Below are positions 11,300 to 23,702 of a DNA stretch of 64,000 bases, piece by piece. The stretch is taken from positions 23,322 through 87,321 of the forward strand of contig NW_021833611.1 of NCBI RefSeq assembly GCF_006345805.1, given 5' to 3'. A program made the translations under genes and the position numbers. Under the pieces are notes generated by a model, which saw only the letters and a program-made list of their open reading frames with translations, ran no database searches and was not told the origin of the DNA. The stretch's first letter is position 1. Every line of letters starts with the position of its first letter. Source of the stretch: Octopus sinensis. Its lineage: Eukaryota.

Positions 11300-12814
11300 A
11301 AAAAAGTCAACAACAGTAAATTTCGCAGATATTCTTCGCCAGAAAAAGAGATTGTTACATTCACAAATGAAGAGCTCATAGAAACAAGAGCTCTCTTTAC
11401 AACCGTGGACAAGATTTAGTCCTGCATACACCTCAACATATAAAACAAGAAATAGAAAATAAGACAATTGTATATAAATTATTAGAAAAAACAAAAAACC
11501 AAATGAACAGATTACAAAAACTGATGTGGAGAAATGTTTAAAAAACATAATGAAGAAAAAAGAGTATATAAACTGGGGTCCCCAGTTTAACACAGTAGTG
11601 GTCCGCTTCCCTAACCAGGAAGTGGCAAAAGCTCACTCTACTGAGTCTCTGGAAATGATGAAATCATCATGGTCCCTTATTATAAAAACCAGAGGGTGAG
11701 TAGAATTACTATCAGAAATGTACCCCCCGATGCCGAACAATGGATAACAGGGGCAATCTGTTACCACTTGAAAAAGATCAATATTCTAGAAACAGCCGTG
11801 TACCTAAACGACAATTGGGGTGGAAAAACAGTAGTTGTGACCATCCAGATTGAGGGGGCCTCTATCGAGAGCCTACCCGACAAGATATACTTGGAGAATG
11901 GGCAATGCCTATATGTTATGGCAGAAGGCAAAAAGCCTAGATGCTACAAATGTGGCAGCCCCGAACATTTGATTGCCAAGTGCGATCTGGTACAGAAAAA
12001 ACAAGAAAGAACAATTCAGAAAACAAATAAAATCCCTTTGTTGCCAACACCAACACCAACACCAACACACTCAATTATGGAACAACGCCAAGAAAAACAA
12101 CAAACCAGCAGACAAACCCCAACAACATCACCAAGAAAAACAGTACCAACACAATCACCGTTGACTTCACAACCAATTAAACCTGTTGAATTAACAAAAA
12201 ATCGACCCACGCCCACACCCAGGACGACAATTAAAAAGACAGAAAACACTGACGAGAAGACAAATGCTACCCCTAACACCACAACAACACAAACACCGCA
12301 CAAAACATCAACAATTTATACAGCATACATAGTATCCTGTTCTTTTTCCTCTACCCCATACTGATACGTCGGACGAGAAAGTTCGACGGAATGGCAAATA
12401 GCCACAGGGGTAAAAGAAAAAGATCCAAAAAATCCACCAAACAAGGATTAAGCAGGGAGATATCTAACTCAGGACAACATCCCCCTAGACAATCAAAAAA
12501 GTAATGAACCCGTAAAACCACACACACAACTAACTGCAATAGACACAGACAATAAAGAATTAATGGACTACATCAAATCTAACATGGTCGTCTGTGAAGA
12601 TGATTTTAAGACAAACAATCATCCGCACACCACACCACCGAAACACATCAGAATTTTACACATAACACAAGCACAACACCACATACTGAAAACATTATTT
12701 CCGAATGCGGTAGGCGGTATCAACGATACCTGTCGAAAAAACTATACAAACCCTCATCAAAAACGATACAAAGAAGAAGAAGAAAAAAATGAAACTTTTA
12801 AAATGAGTAAGTGA
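11300..12814 (+). pseudogene. LINE ORF1 (RNA-binding/gag-like), frameshifted; start uncertain
   Basis: RITIRNVPPD RRM-like segment, CYKCGSPEHLIAKC = CX2CX4HX4C knuckle at 11942-11983, then a Thr/Pro-rich tract; split over several ORFs. Confidence 0.8.
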
Positions 12815-12869
12815 CCTCACTTCTTGCCTCTTGTCTCTTCTATATAGTGTGTAAAACACAATTTTCGTA

Positions 12870-15800
12870 ATGTCAAGTATGCTTAAATTAGGTTGTGTGA
12901 ATGCGCGTGGCTTGGCGTCGGCTTGGAAGCAAGGTTACCTTCTAAACGACATCAAGTCACTGGACGTGGATATAGTAGCTATCAGTGAAACCAGACTCAG
13001 TAAGCCGCGGGCCCTCGAGTCCATGTTTGGCAATCAATTTGACATTTATTTTTCTCCCTGTCTGCCGAACATGGGTGGTGGAGGTACTGCGGTGCTTTTT
13101 CGAAAGAGTCTAAAGGTAAAAGTAAGAGCAATATTCCTAGACCCGGAGGGTAGGCTGGTTGTCTTGGACGTGGATGGCAGAAATGGGTGTGCATTCCGTC
13201 TGATGGCAGTTTATGCACCGTCCTTAACGGTCGGGCGGATTTCTTCAGACGTCTAGAGGTTTTCCTGGGTACGTCTAGACCTTTACTGTTAGTAGGGGAT
13301 TGGAACGCTACCTTGGACACGCATCTAGATTATGTGGGAAGGGATAGGAATAGAAGGGGGTGTAAGAGCCTCAAAGACCTGCTCAGACGTTTCCATTTGT
13401 CTGACAGGTTCCGACTCGACCATCCGAACGTGCCAACGTGGACTTGGACAAACCGCGTCGGATCGTCGAGATCTTATCTAGATAGAATTCTATGCAGGAC
13501 AGCGATAGGGATAGTGTAGGATGTCCACAATTTAAAATAGTCAGCTACACAGATCACAAATTTGTTACGTGTACGCTCGACTTAGATAAAACACATAGGC
13601 AGGGTCCCGGTTACTGGAAACTGAACACGTCGCTCGTTTAGCGCGACAGGTTTACAGGAACCGGATTAGCGAGTTAATTAAGAGGGCGCTGACGGGAGCG
13701 GTCGTTAACAACCGCTGGTGGTACGCCCTGAAAATGGCAATAAAATCGGATCAATTAGGTTTAGCAAGGAATTAGCGATAGAACGAAATAGAGTAGAGGG
13801 AGACTTAGTTAAGAAACTAGAAGAGGCACTTACCACTGGCAGCGCAACAACGTGCTAGCTGCGAGGATGGCCCTCGACCAACACCTCAACGCCAAGCACG
13901 AAGGTTGCGTCGTCAGAGCTAAAATGCGTGCCTTAAGGAACGAAGGATTGAAGCTGCGCGCGAGAGGCCCGGGTAGCGGAGGCGCAGCGTGGAACAGATC
14001 AACCATTCGGTCTCTAATAGATCAACAGGGATGCAGTTTACTCGAACCCGAAGGATGTGTGAGGCCTTTCAACAGCACTTTGCTCGACTGTTTGGTGCGA
14101 GTGGTGGGTCGGAACGAGGGATGGATTTCAGTGCCTACCTGACCGACCTGCCGCGGCTCTCGGCAAGAGAGGCGGAGTGTTGTGAAAGTCCCATCACAGC
14201 CGCTGACGTGTGGGATGCGATGGCGGGCTGCGCGAGGGATAAGTCGCCTGGATTGGATGGTTTACCCTACGAGCTGTATTGTCGAATGCCAGACTTGTTT
14301 GGCGACCTCTTGGCATCAGTCTACTGCAACTGGCAAAAACGGGAGAATCCCCGTTTCGTGAGCCGAGGTGCAGTGACGTTGCTGAAGAAAGACTCAAACA
14401 AGGGGAATTTTATAGATAATTTCAGGCCCATCACTCTGCTCAACGCAGATTTGAAAATTTTGGCCAAAGTAATAGCCGAGAGGTTGGCGCTTGTCATTGG
14501 TAAACTGTCGACAGGGCGCAAACATGCGCCGTGCCGGGCAGAACCATACATGACAACCTCCATCTGATGCGCTACATTGTGGACAGGGTAGTTAGGATCC
14601 TGGCATGGGTGGGGCGCTGATAAATTTGGATCAGTCTAAAGCCTTCGATAGGGTCGACCATCGGTACTTGGCGGCCGTCCTCAGGGCGGCTGGCTTCGGT
14701 CCCGTCTTCCGCGGTTGGATCGCTGCCTTGTATAGCGGCATCCGATCGGTGATTCGGGTGAACGGTCACCTGTCGAAACCGTTTGACATCACGCGTTCGG
14801 TCCGTCAGGGGTGTCCCCTGTCGGCGCTTCTGTATGTATTGACTCTCGAGCCGCTACTGCGGAAGCTGGCGACACTGAGGGGCATCCCACGGGAACTGGG
14901 TTGCGGGACGAGCGTGTCGGCATATGCGGACGATGTCACCGTCATAGTGTCGAGCTACAACCACAATCGATGGTCGCGAGACACTAAGAAAATATGAAAC
15001 GGTGACGGGAGCAAAGATTAACCCGAAAAGTCAGTGGGTTTGCTACTCGGCACCTGGAGAAGCAAGCCCATGCCGTCCGACTGCGGCTCAGTAGTGGGAC
15101 GCTGGACGGACGGACCGGTTAAATTGCTCGGGGTCTGGTTCAGTCCGGACCTCCAAATGGATAAGAACTGGGACGAGATCACGAGTAGAGTGGTCGCTCT
15201 CAGCCAAACATGGGCCGAGAGAAAGCTGTCTCTAAAAGGCCGGGCGGAGGTGGCGAACGCGTACATCGCTCCGTCATCGATTACTGCCTGACCGTCGTAC
15301 CTTGTCCCGACGCCACCATCACCAAACTGGAACGCATACTCTTCCGCTTCCTGTGGAAGGGTGGCGTTCCGATGGTGAGGAAGTCCATTTGCTGTCAACA
15401 TCCGTTGAATGGAGGACTGGGCATGCCGTGGTTGATGATGCGCAGGCATGCGCTGAGACTGCGACATCTCTGGAAATTCATCGACGACGGTGAACAGGTG
15501 GGGCGCCGTTTGTGAGGCGCGACTTCCCGCAGCTCGTCTCACTGACCGAACTGCAAACGTGGATCAAAAAGAGACCGAAACTGGGCGATTGGCACCGAGA
15601 GTGTCGCCAAGCTCTACAGCAGCTCTGCCGACCGGGGTCAAACTTGTGCAACTTCCAAACGACTAAAGCGTTCTATAGAGGACTAGTGGAGGGGAGGTCC
15701 GACGACACACTCGGGGCAAACCTGGGCGTCGACGAGAATTCCTAACCCGCCTGTTCAGGACGACGTTCGGGCCGGGGCCTATGGATAACTTCCAGAAATC

Positions 15801-16301
15801 CCTGGCTTGGCAGTGCTATCGAGACGCACTACCTGTTCGAGAGAAGAGCTACAGACACGGTTCGAAAACCATCACCGGACCGACCTGCCCGAGATGCGGT
15901 CAGAGCGACGAAACCGTTCTGCACGCACTCGTGCAGTGTCCAGATATTTCAGAGCTGTGGTCCTTCGTCGAACAGCTGTTGTCACGTGTAGGTCAGGCTC
16001 GCCTATCGGCCGAGTCTATCGTGAATATTGTTCCACCACCTTCCTTTAAACGGAAGGGAAAACGGTTTTCGTTACGCTGATGGCTATGGCGAAAGAATGT
16101 GTGTGGTGGACGCGTTTGAAAGGACTGCAAACAAACACCTTCCTCTCTGGTCAGTCTCTCGTCAACTTTTTCAAGTACCACTTGAAAAGGAGGATGAGAA
16201 TAGAGAGGAAGGCTTTGTCGAACGAATGTTTTAAAAAAAGTGGGTAAATGGCAAAAATGGTCAGTATGAAAGACGACACTATTTTAAGCATAAATCTGTA
16301 A
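12870..16301 (+). pseudogene. LINE ORF2: APE endonuclease, reverse transcriptase and zinc finger, with multiple frameshifts
   Basis: APE motifs CVNARGL, VAISET, LVGDWN, SYLDRI, TDH; RT motifs KSPGLDGLP, FRPITLLNADLK, LDQSKAFDRVDH, RQGCPLS, YADD (14923-14934), KLLGV; CPRCGQSDETVLHALVQC (15886-15939). Confidence 0.93.
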
Positions 16302-16607
16302 CCAAAAGAGACAACGAGAAGTAGGCGACTTACTCATGTGTTCTTTTTCGAATTGCCTGAGGTGACCTTGGTCTTTTTTGTAGGTTTTTCTTTCCAAGAC
16401 TACACCTAAACTGTGAACCTTATATAATATATATATATTGCTTTTTATATACACACAACACAACCCAGATCCCTATTGATCAAACGTTTTTTTTTTTTTT
16501 TTTTTTTTTTCCTTGCCCCACCCATCCCACCTCGAAAAGAAAAAATTCTACATTGTATTTCGTCCATTTTTATTCTGTGTTTAGCCCTGTGTGGCTACAA
16601 TAAAAAG

Positions 16608-16618
16608 TTATCTATCTA

Positions 16619-16672
<54 letters not shown>

Positions 16673-16730
16673 CTATCTATCTATCTATCTACTATCTATC
16701 TATCTATCTATCTATCTTTCTATCTATCTA

Positions 16731-16774
<44 letters not shown>

Positions 16775-16933
16775 ATCTATCTATCTATCTATCTACTATC
16801 TATCTATCTATATCGCTTCTATCTATCTTTATCTATCTATCTATCTATCTATATCTATCTATCATCTATCTCTATCTACTATCTATCTATCTATCTATCT
16901 TTCTATCTTCTATCTATCATCTCTATCTCTCTA

Positions 16934-16995
<62 letters not shown>

Positions 16996-17012
16996 ATCTA
17001 TTCTATCTATCT

Positions 17013-17077
<65 letters not shown>

Positions 17078-17097
17078 ATCTATCTATCTATCTATCT
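16608..17097. repeat. (TATC)n microsatellite, ~490 bp
   Basis: Direct reading; separates Tx1 copies 1 and 2. Confidence 0.97.
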
Positions 17098-17681
17098 AAT
17101 TGCTCCGCCCCCTTCCCTCAACCGGGAGGGAAGTCAGTTTTCACATCGTACTGGTGGCCATGTGGAAAGAATGTGGTGGGTGGACTCGAGCGAAAGGATT
17201 AGAGACAAACACCTACCTCTCTGGCCAATCGCTCATCAACTTTTTCAAGTACCACTTGAAAAGGAAGGTGAGAATGGAGAGGGAGTTTTGTCTCGCGAAA
17301 GATTCAAAAACAAGATGGTTGAATGTTGCAAAGATGGTGCGTGCTAGTAACGAAACCATTTTGAGCATGATCCTGTAGATCGTAAAAAGAAAGAAAGAGA
17401 GCATTTTTGACCTCATGTGTTTATTTCCTCCCTGACTGGGGTTCCCTGGTCTTTTCTGTAGGCTTTTCTCCCACGGATGAACCCAATCTTGTTATATCAA
17501 TGTTTACACCATTATTTCTGTGATACACGATTTTCTTTTTTTTTTTTCCTTTTTTTCCCTCCTTTCGATCCCTTTTGATCGCAATCTTACATTTTTTTTT
17601 TTTTTCCCACCCTCGAAAAGAAAAGCTCTGCATTTGTATTTGTCCCCTCTTATTCAGCCCTGTGTGGCTAATAAAAGAAAG
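17098..17681 (+). mobile_element. 5'-truncated Tx1-type copy 2
   Basis: Encodes KEC..WTR.KGL.TNT.LSGQSLINFFKYHLKRK, homologous to the copy 1 C-terminus; same 3' end GCCCTGTGTGGCTAATAAAAGAAAG followed by (TATC)n. Confidence 0.9.
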
Positions 17682-17739
17682 TTATCTATCTATCTATCTA
17701 TCTTCTATCTATCTATCTATCTTTCTATCTATCTATCTT

Positions 17740-17787
<48 letters not shown>

Positions 17788-17841
17788 CTATCTATCTATC
17801 TATCTATCTACTATCTATCTATCATATCTATCTATCTATCT

Positions 17842-18293
17842 AGATGGGTGAATGTAGCAAGAATGGCACGTATGAATGACGAAGCCACCTTGAGCATAGT
17901 CCTATGAACCAGAAATCGAAAACAGAGAGTTGCTTATTTGCAAAAAAAAAAAAAAAAAAAAAAGAAATATAAAATGTGACTTCATTGACCGAGGTTACCG
18001 TGGTCTTTTCCGCAGGCTTTTCTTTCCACGGGTAAACCTCACCTGTCCTCCCCTTTACACTTCATATGACATTTCTGTGATAACGATCCCTATTGATCAT
18101 TTTTTTTCCTCTCCCCCCTTTTTTTTTAACCCCCCTTATTTTTGTCCTCTTTCTCTCCTTTTACGATCCCTTTTGATCGAACCTCCCCCTTCCTTTTCTT
18201 TTTTTTTTTTTTTTTTTTAATACCTTCAAAAGAAAAGCTCTACCTTGTAATTTGTTCTATCTGTGTGCAGCCCTGTGTGGCTAATAAAGAAAC
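17842..18293 (+). mobile_element. 5'-truncated Tx1-type copy 3
   Basis: RWVNVARMARMNDEATLSIVL* C-terminus, homologous 3'UTR, 3' end GCCCTGTGTGGCTAATAAAGAAAC; (TATC)n on both sides (17682-17841, 18295-18342). Confidence 0.88.
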
Positions 18294-18294
18294 A

Positions 18295-18343
<49 letters not shown>

Positions 18344-18344
<1 letters not shown>

Positions 18345-18758
18345 ATTTCTTTATTGCCCACAAGGGGCTAAACACAGAGAGGACAAACAAGGACAGACAA
18401 AGGGATTAAGTCGATTATATCGACCCCAGTGCGTAACTGGTACTTAATTAATCGACCCCGAAAGGATGAAAGGCAAAGTCGACCTCGCCGGAATTTGAAC
18501 TCAGAACGTAACGACAGACGAAATACCTATTTCTTTACTACCCACAAGGGGCTAAACACAGAAGGAACAAACAAGGAGAAACAAACGGATTAAGTCGATT
18601 ACATCGACCTCAGTGAGTAACTGGTACTTATTTAATCGACCCCGAAAGGATGAAAGGCAAAGTCAACCTCGGTGGAATTTGAACTCAGAACATAGCGGCA
18701 GGCGATATACCGCTAAGCATTTTGCCCGGCCTGCTAACGTTTCTGCCATCTCGCCGCC
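18344..18758 (-). mobile_element. SINE family 1 head-to-tail dimer (full copy plus 5'-truncated copy)
   Basis: Two successive reverse-complement copies, junction at about 18525. Confidence 0.87.
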
Positions 18759-20033
18759 TTAAAATAGATGTATGTATGTAATAAATGTATGTATGCATGC
18801 ATGCATGTATGTATGTATGTATGTATGTATGTATGTATGTATGTATGTATGTATGTATGTATGTATGTATGTATGTATGTATCTACATACATAAATACAC
18901 ACGCGCGTACACACACATACACACACACACACGTAAATACGCTTAAGTATATACATACATACACACATGTGTGCGTATGAGAGTGTGTGTTTGTGTTTGT
19001 GTGTGTGTGTGTATGCTTCTGATTTTGTGACTGTGACTAGCATGTCTCCTGCCCTCGAACGAAACTTGAGGAACAAAACGGGAAACTGTTGATGCAAAAA
19101 TTCAAGTAAAAAAAAAAAAAAAAACAAGCTAAAGCTATGGGAAAACACAAAACCGAATCCATAAGAAAAATATTTCATTGGTTCTATATGTAACAATGAA
19201 TATCAACAAATTAGACGCAAAGGATTATTTAATAGGCAAGAAATCAGTAATATCAGTTCCAGGTATTCTGGCCTAAAAACTTTCGGAATAGGTGATTTAT
19301 GCACAAATAATATAAAATATTGAAATAAAGAAGAGATAAGAAGTGAGAAAGAATGTCAATCAGCGAGAGATTGATTATAAAATTTATAAAAAAAATATTC
19401 TCATTATTTTTCAAATAAGTTCTAAGGCAGAACTGAAAACATCTCTGAGAAAGTAAATAGTTCAGTGTACACGCTAACTACATATGCTTGCTAAATGCAA
19501 ATAGATATATGGGAAAGTGAGATACACTCGGATCTTGCAAGTTCTGGAGATATAGTATTCAAAGTATCTGTATGAATGAAAGAGAATGAACATTCCATGG
19601 CTTATTCGTCTGTGGATAATGTAGGCAGAATTGCAGAATGTAAAAATGTACCCAGGTTGTACTGTAAAGCTGTGGCGTGGGTTCACCTGTATACCGTATT
19701 ATGTCAAGGATAATGAAAAGTGGCCTCAATAGAGATTTTAAACTAACATATGCAACTTTAATAAGCTTTTAGATTAGATGTTCAAAACAGAACATTGTGT
19801 TTCGACCGAGGATCTTTTAAATTCCTGTGTATATGCTTAAGCGCATGCGTAGCTGTGTGGTAGGAAGCATAATCCCCAACTACAAGGTTCCTGCCATTGC
19901 GTAGCATCTTGAGCAAGTGTCTTCTGCTATAGCCTCAGGTCAACCAAACTCTTGTGAGTATTTATTGATTTTGGTAGACGAAAAATGACAGAAGCTCGTG
20001 TTCACAATAGAAGGTCTTATCTTTCATTGGTCC

Positions 20034-20289
20034 TCAACCAAATCCTTGTAGTATTCCACATCCATGATAACGATTGCACCCATCTTTATCTGCTTGTTTA
20101 ATTATTATTGTTTCATCGTTTTGTATGCGTTTAAGTGCAGATATCTCTGATTTGTTAATGTTCGGCCTAACTTTGGTATTTCGTTTTAGGGGAAAGTTTG
20201 ATAGGGTATCAATATATTGGTCAAGGTAGATATTTCTGCCTTTTGGTGGGGTGACATTTGATTTATTCCTCACTAAGGAATCTTCGGTT

Positions 20290-20324
<35 letters not shown>

Positions 20325-20395
20325 GGCAGTGAAGAATTCCACAAGTCGTAACTTGCGACAGAATTTCTGGATATTTCCATGCGATTAGAAAGCAA
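20034..20395 (-). pseudogene. Penelope-like element ORF fragment (N-terminal to the RT)
   Basis: Translation IQKFCRKLRLVEFF...DSLVRNKSNVTPPKGRN.YLDQYID...NINKSEISALKRIQNDETIIIKQADK matches the NL...E..AL..L..D..I.IK.ADKG motif typical of PLE ORFs; internal (AAT)n expansion. Confidence 0.75.
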
Positions 20396-20439
20396 GCTTC
20401 TTACCACGACCACCTCCGACCATTAAAGCCATTAAAGCT

Positions 20440-20598
20440 CTCTTTTTTTTATTCTCTCTCTGTTTATTTTCTCGTGTGCCTTTCTGTTTAAGAGCGTAGG
20501 CTCGCAATGTAAAAGATTTCCTCACCTTCCCGAGAGTTAAACTACTACACCTGTTTCTGTTTATACACCTGTCTATGTGGGTTTTTTTTTGTAAATTC
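20440..20598 (+). mobile_element. Penelope-like pLTR, inverted relative to the adjacent ORF, with decayed hammerhead
   Basis: CTTT-CTGTTTA-A-GAGCGTAGGCTC-GCAA-TGT-A-AAAGA at 20480-20516, homologous to 3016-3053. Confidence 0.6.
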
Positions 20599-21220
20599 CA
20601 ACACACACACACACACACACACACATTGTATATATACATATAGTGGCACGCCGCTCGCTGGCTGAGCATTCAACATTGCCTATGATCGCAAGACCTTCCT
20701 ATCGGGAAGTGTATTGCTGCAGAACAAAACGCGCCATGCAGTCTGACAATCCAACATACTATGTATTAATCCATGAGCACCAGCTCACGAGCCTTCACAC
20801 ATGCATACACACACACTCGCGCGCGCGCAATTTCCTAGACCCCTGAGAGCCTGAATTACCACTGACTCTAAAAGATTGACTGGTGAACAAAGTCTTGGAA
20901 ACCTCTGCACCTGTGAGAGAGGTGTCAGTGATTTAGTATATATTTAAAAAAAGTCAATCTTTACACCGCTTTTGTTACAGTTATTCGTTTTGCTTGCACT
21001 TCTTTCTATATATCGATATATTTTTATTATTTAAAATGCATTTTATTTCTGAAATATATTTATTACACCTACCTAAAGAGTTTAAGTCCACAAGAAAACG
21101 AAACAAACAAAATGCCCAGCGAGTGGAAAGTTACGTAAGTGTATAGTCAAAGTATACACATACTTATGAATATACATACGAACAAACACAAACAAAGGCA
21201 AGTGCGTACTGAGACGCAAA

Positions 21221-21267
<47 letters not shown>

Positions 21268-21268
21268 A

Positions 21269-21321
<53 letters not shown>

Positions 21322-21347
21322 GTCTGTCTGTTTATATGTTTATCTGT

Positions 21348-21410
<63 letters not shown>

Positions 21411-21425
21411 CCTATCTATCTATCT
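21221..21425. repeat. (TATC)n microsatellite without an insertion
   Basis: Direct reading. Confidence 0.95.
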
Positions 21426-21426
21426 A

Positions 21427-21479
<53 letters not shown>

Positions 21480-21617
21480 GTGTGTGTATGTGTGTGTTTG
21501 TGTGTGTATATAAGTATATATATATGTGTATGTGTGTATACGTATGTATACGTATATACATATACATACGTGTATATATATATATATATATAGATAGATA
21601 GATAGACAGATAGATAA

Positions 21618-21798
21618 GTTTCTTTATTGGCCACACAGGGCTGCACACAGATGGGACAAGTTACAAGGTAGAGCTTTTCTTTTGGGGGATGAAAAAAACA
21701 AAAAAACAAAAGAAACAAAAAAAAGGGGTGGCGTAGGTTTTCGATCAAGAGGGATCGTAAAAGGGAAGAAAAGAACAAAAAAGAATAAAATAAAAGAA

Positions 21799-21799
<1 letters not shown>
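21618..21799 (-). mobile_element. 5'-truncated Tx1-type copy 4 (3'UTR only)
   Basis: The reverse complement ends GCCCTGTGTGGCCAATAAAGAAAC followed by TTATCTATC; (GATA)n on both sides (21590-21617, 21800-21872). Confidence 0.88.
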
Positions 21800-21873
<74 letters not shown>

Positions 21874-22301
21874 CACGTATGTATATGTGCACACATACCC
21901 ACACACACACACGCGCGCGCGCACGTATGTATGTGTGAATAGCTAGAATAAGACAAAGTCCAAGAAAATGAATAATAAACGAAATTACCAGTTTGATGAT
22001 GAAGAAAAAAATTTCGGCCTTTGTCATCTTAGAAAAGAAAAGGAAACAAAATGAAGAACAACAACATTAATTAAAACGATAGTAATTAAAATGACGACGT
22101 TAATGATAATGGGAGAATGAGAGCAACAAATTCTTTAAAAAATGTAGGGGAAACTAAACGAAGAAATACCACCATCTTAGGAATATAAACGCATATACAT
22201 CCGCACAGTCCACGGAAATGCATTCAACAACAAAAAAATACCCACTCGTGCAAAGACACATAGACATATATACGTGTGTGTATGTATATATGCATGTGTT
22301 C

Positions 22302-22333
<32 letters not shown>

Positions 22334-22336
<3 letters not shown>

Positions 22337-22408
22337 TAGTTGAATGAATTATCCTATGTCGAGAATAAAGGAATTTTGTTAAATCGTCGTTCGACTCCAT
22401 TCTTTCAT
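22334..22408. mobile_element. Short internally deleted copy of the element at 62435-62801, within (TA)n
   Basis: Shares the left end AAGTAG.TGAATGAATTATCCTA and the right end TCGTTCGACTCCATTCTTTCAT with 62435-62801. Confidence 0.65.
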
Positions 22409-22437
22409 TTTTATATATACATATATATATATATATG

Positions 22438-22471
<34 letters not shown>

Positions 22472-22876
22472 TATATATATATACATACATAAGTACGTAC
22501 TTATGTATGCATGTATGTATGGTGTTTAAATACTAGAAACTTATCCGGAAATTGTCACGTGTCAGATTTTGATTTAATAACAGCGCAGAAGTGAATACAG
22601 GCATCACTCAAACATGTATACACACACAAACGCAAAGGTGTGTGTATGTATTTGTAGCTGTGTGTGTGTGTGTGTGTGCGTATGTTTATTTCTGTGTTTG
22701 TATCGTGCACACGCACTTAGAGAGCCAGGCACCGTGCGCACGCATATACACGTATACACTCATACACGTGTTCATATGTGGAAGACATGTTTGATTTGTA
22801 TGTTTATAACTAAGTGTATGTGTTCATCTAAAATTTCGCAACAAATGTTGGACTCTGGACCGACTATGAAGACACA

Positions 22877-23260
22877 GTGGAGGCGCAATGGCCCAGTGGT
22901 TAGGGCAGCGGACTCGCGGTCGTAGGATCGCGGTTTCGATTCCCAGACCGGGCATTGTGAGTGTTTATTGAGCGAAAACACCTAAAGCTTCACCTAAAGC
23001 TGCAGGGGGTGGTGGTGAACCCTGCTGTACTTTTTCACCACAACTTTCTCTTACTCTTTCTTCCTGTTTTTGTTGTATCTGTATTTCAAAGGGCCAGCCT
23101 TGTCACACTCTGTGTCACGCTGAATCTCATCGAGAACTACGTTAAGGGTACACGTGTCTGTGGAATGCTCAGCCACTTACACGTTAATTCCACGAGCAAG
23201 CTGTTCCGTTGATCGTATCAGCTGGGACCTTCATCGTCGTAACCGACGGAGTGCTCCTAT
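22877..23260 (+). mobile_element. tRNA-derived SINE family 3b with 14-bp TSD
   Basis: Head GTGGAGGCGCAATGGCCCAGTGGTTAGGG...GTTTCGATTCCC; TSD ACTATGAAGACACA at 22863-22876 and 23261-23274. Confidence 0.9.
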
Positions 23261-23702
23261 ACTATGAAGACACAATTGTTCTAGAAAATCTTTATTTATA
23301 TAGGCCAATTCGTTATTGAGTTACTCATTTGCTTTAAGTGAGATAACTTTTGTAGTGTAAGTTCAGAGAAAAGTTGTATGCCTATGATATTAACAGTCGT
23401 TTTAAATGTGCAGGGATTGATATAATTTATGTAAAAAGCAAAAATTAGTTAGAAAATGTCAGATGGAAAAAAAACCAAACCCATAACGTCCAAATACTGA
23501 ACTCGAAAGCGTAAACGTCCTGGAAAGCAAAGGTGAGTGATTAAGTGAACGGATTTCTGTATATGTTACGAAAGGAGAGACTGGTGTGTTCGATAGGATG
23601 GAGAGAGATAGTATGAAATTGGTTATTTTGAGGAGTACGTAAACTGGTATCTTTTATCTTTTACATGTTTCAGTCATTGGCTGCGGCCATGCTGGGGCAT
23701 CA

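Larger units (their letters stand above)
10749..16607 (+). mobile_element. Near-full-length L1/Tx1-type non-LTR retrotransposon (disrupted)
   Basis: ORF1 with CCHC knuckle; ORF2 with APE endonuclease, RT and C-terminal zinc finger; T-rich 3'UTR with AATAAA, ending directly in (TATC)n; (TATC)n also at the 5' junction. Confidence 0.92.

Noticed and set aside
8521-23260. tRNA genes at the SINE heads (8521, 8843, 22877)
   Set aside because: A/B-box-like motifs are present, but there is no complete cloverleaf, each runs into a SINE body, and two have TSDs.
23462-23538. Plus-strand exon ending at AAG|GTGAGT
   Set aside because: All three frames are closed and there is no polypyrimidine acceptor.
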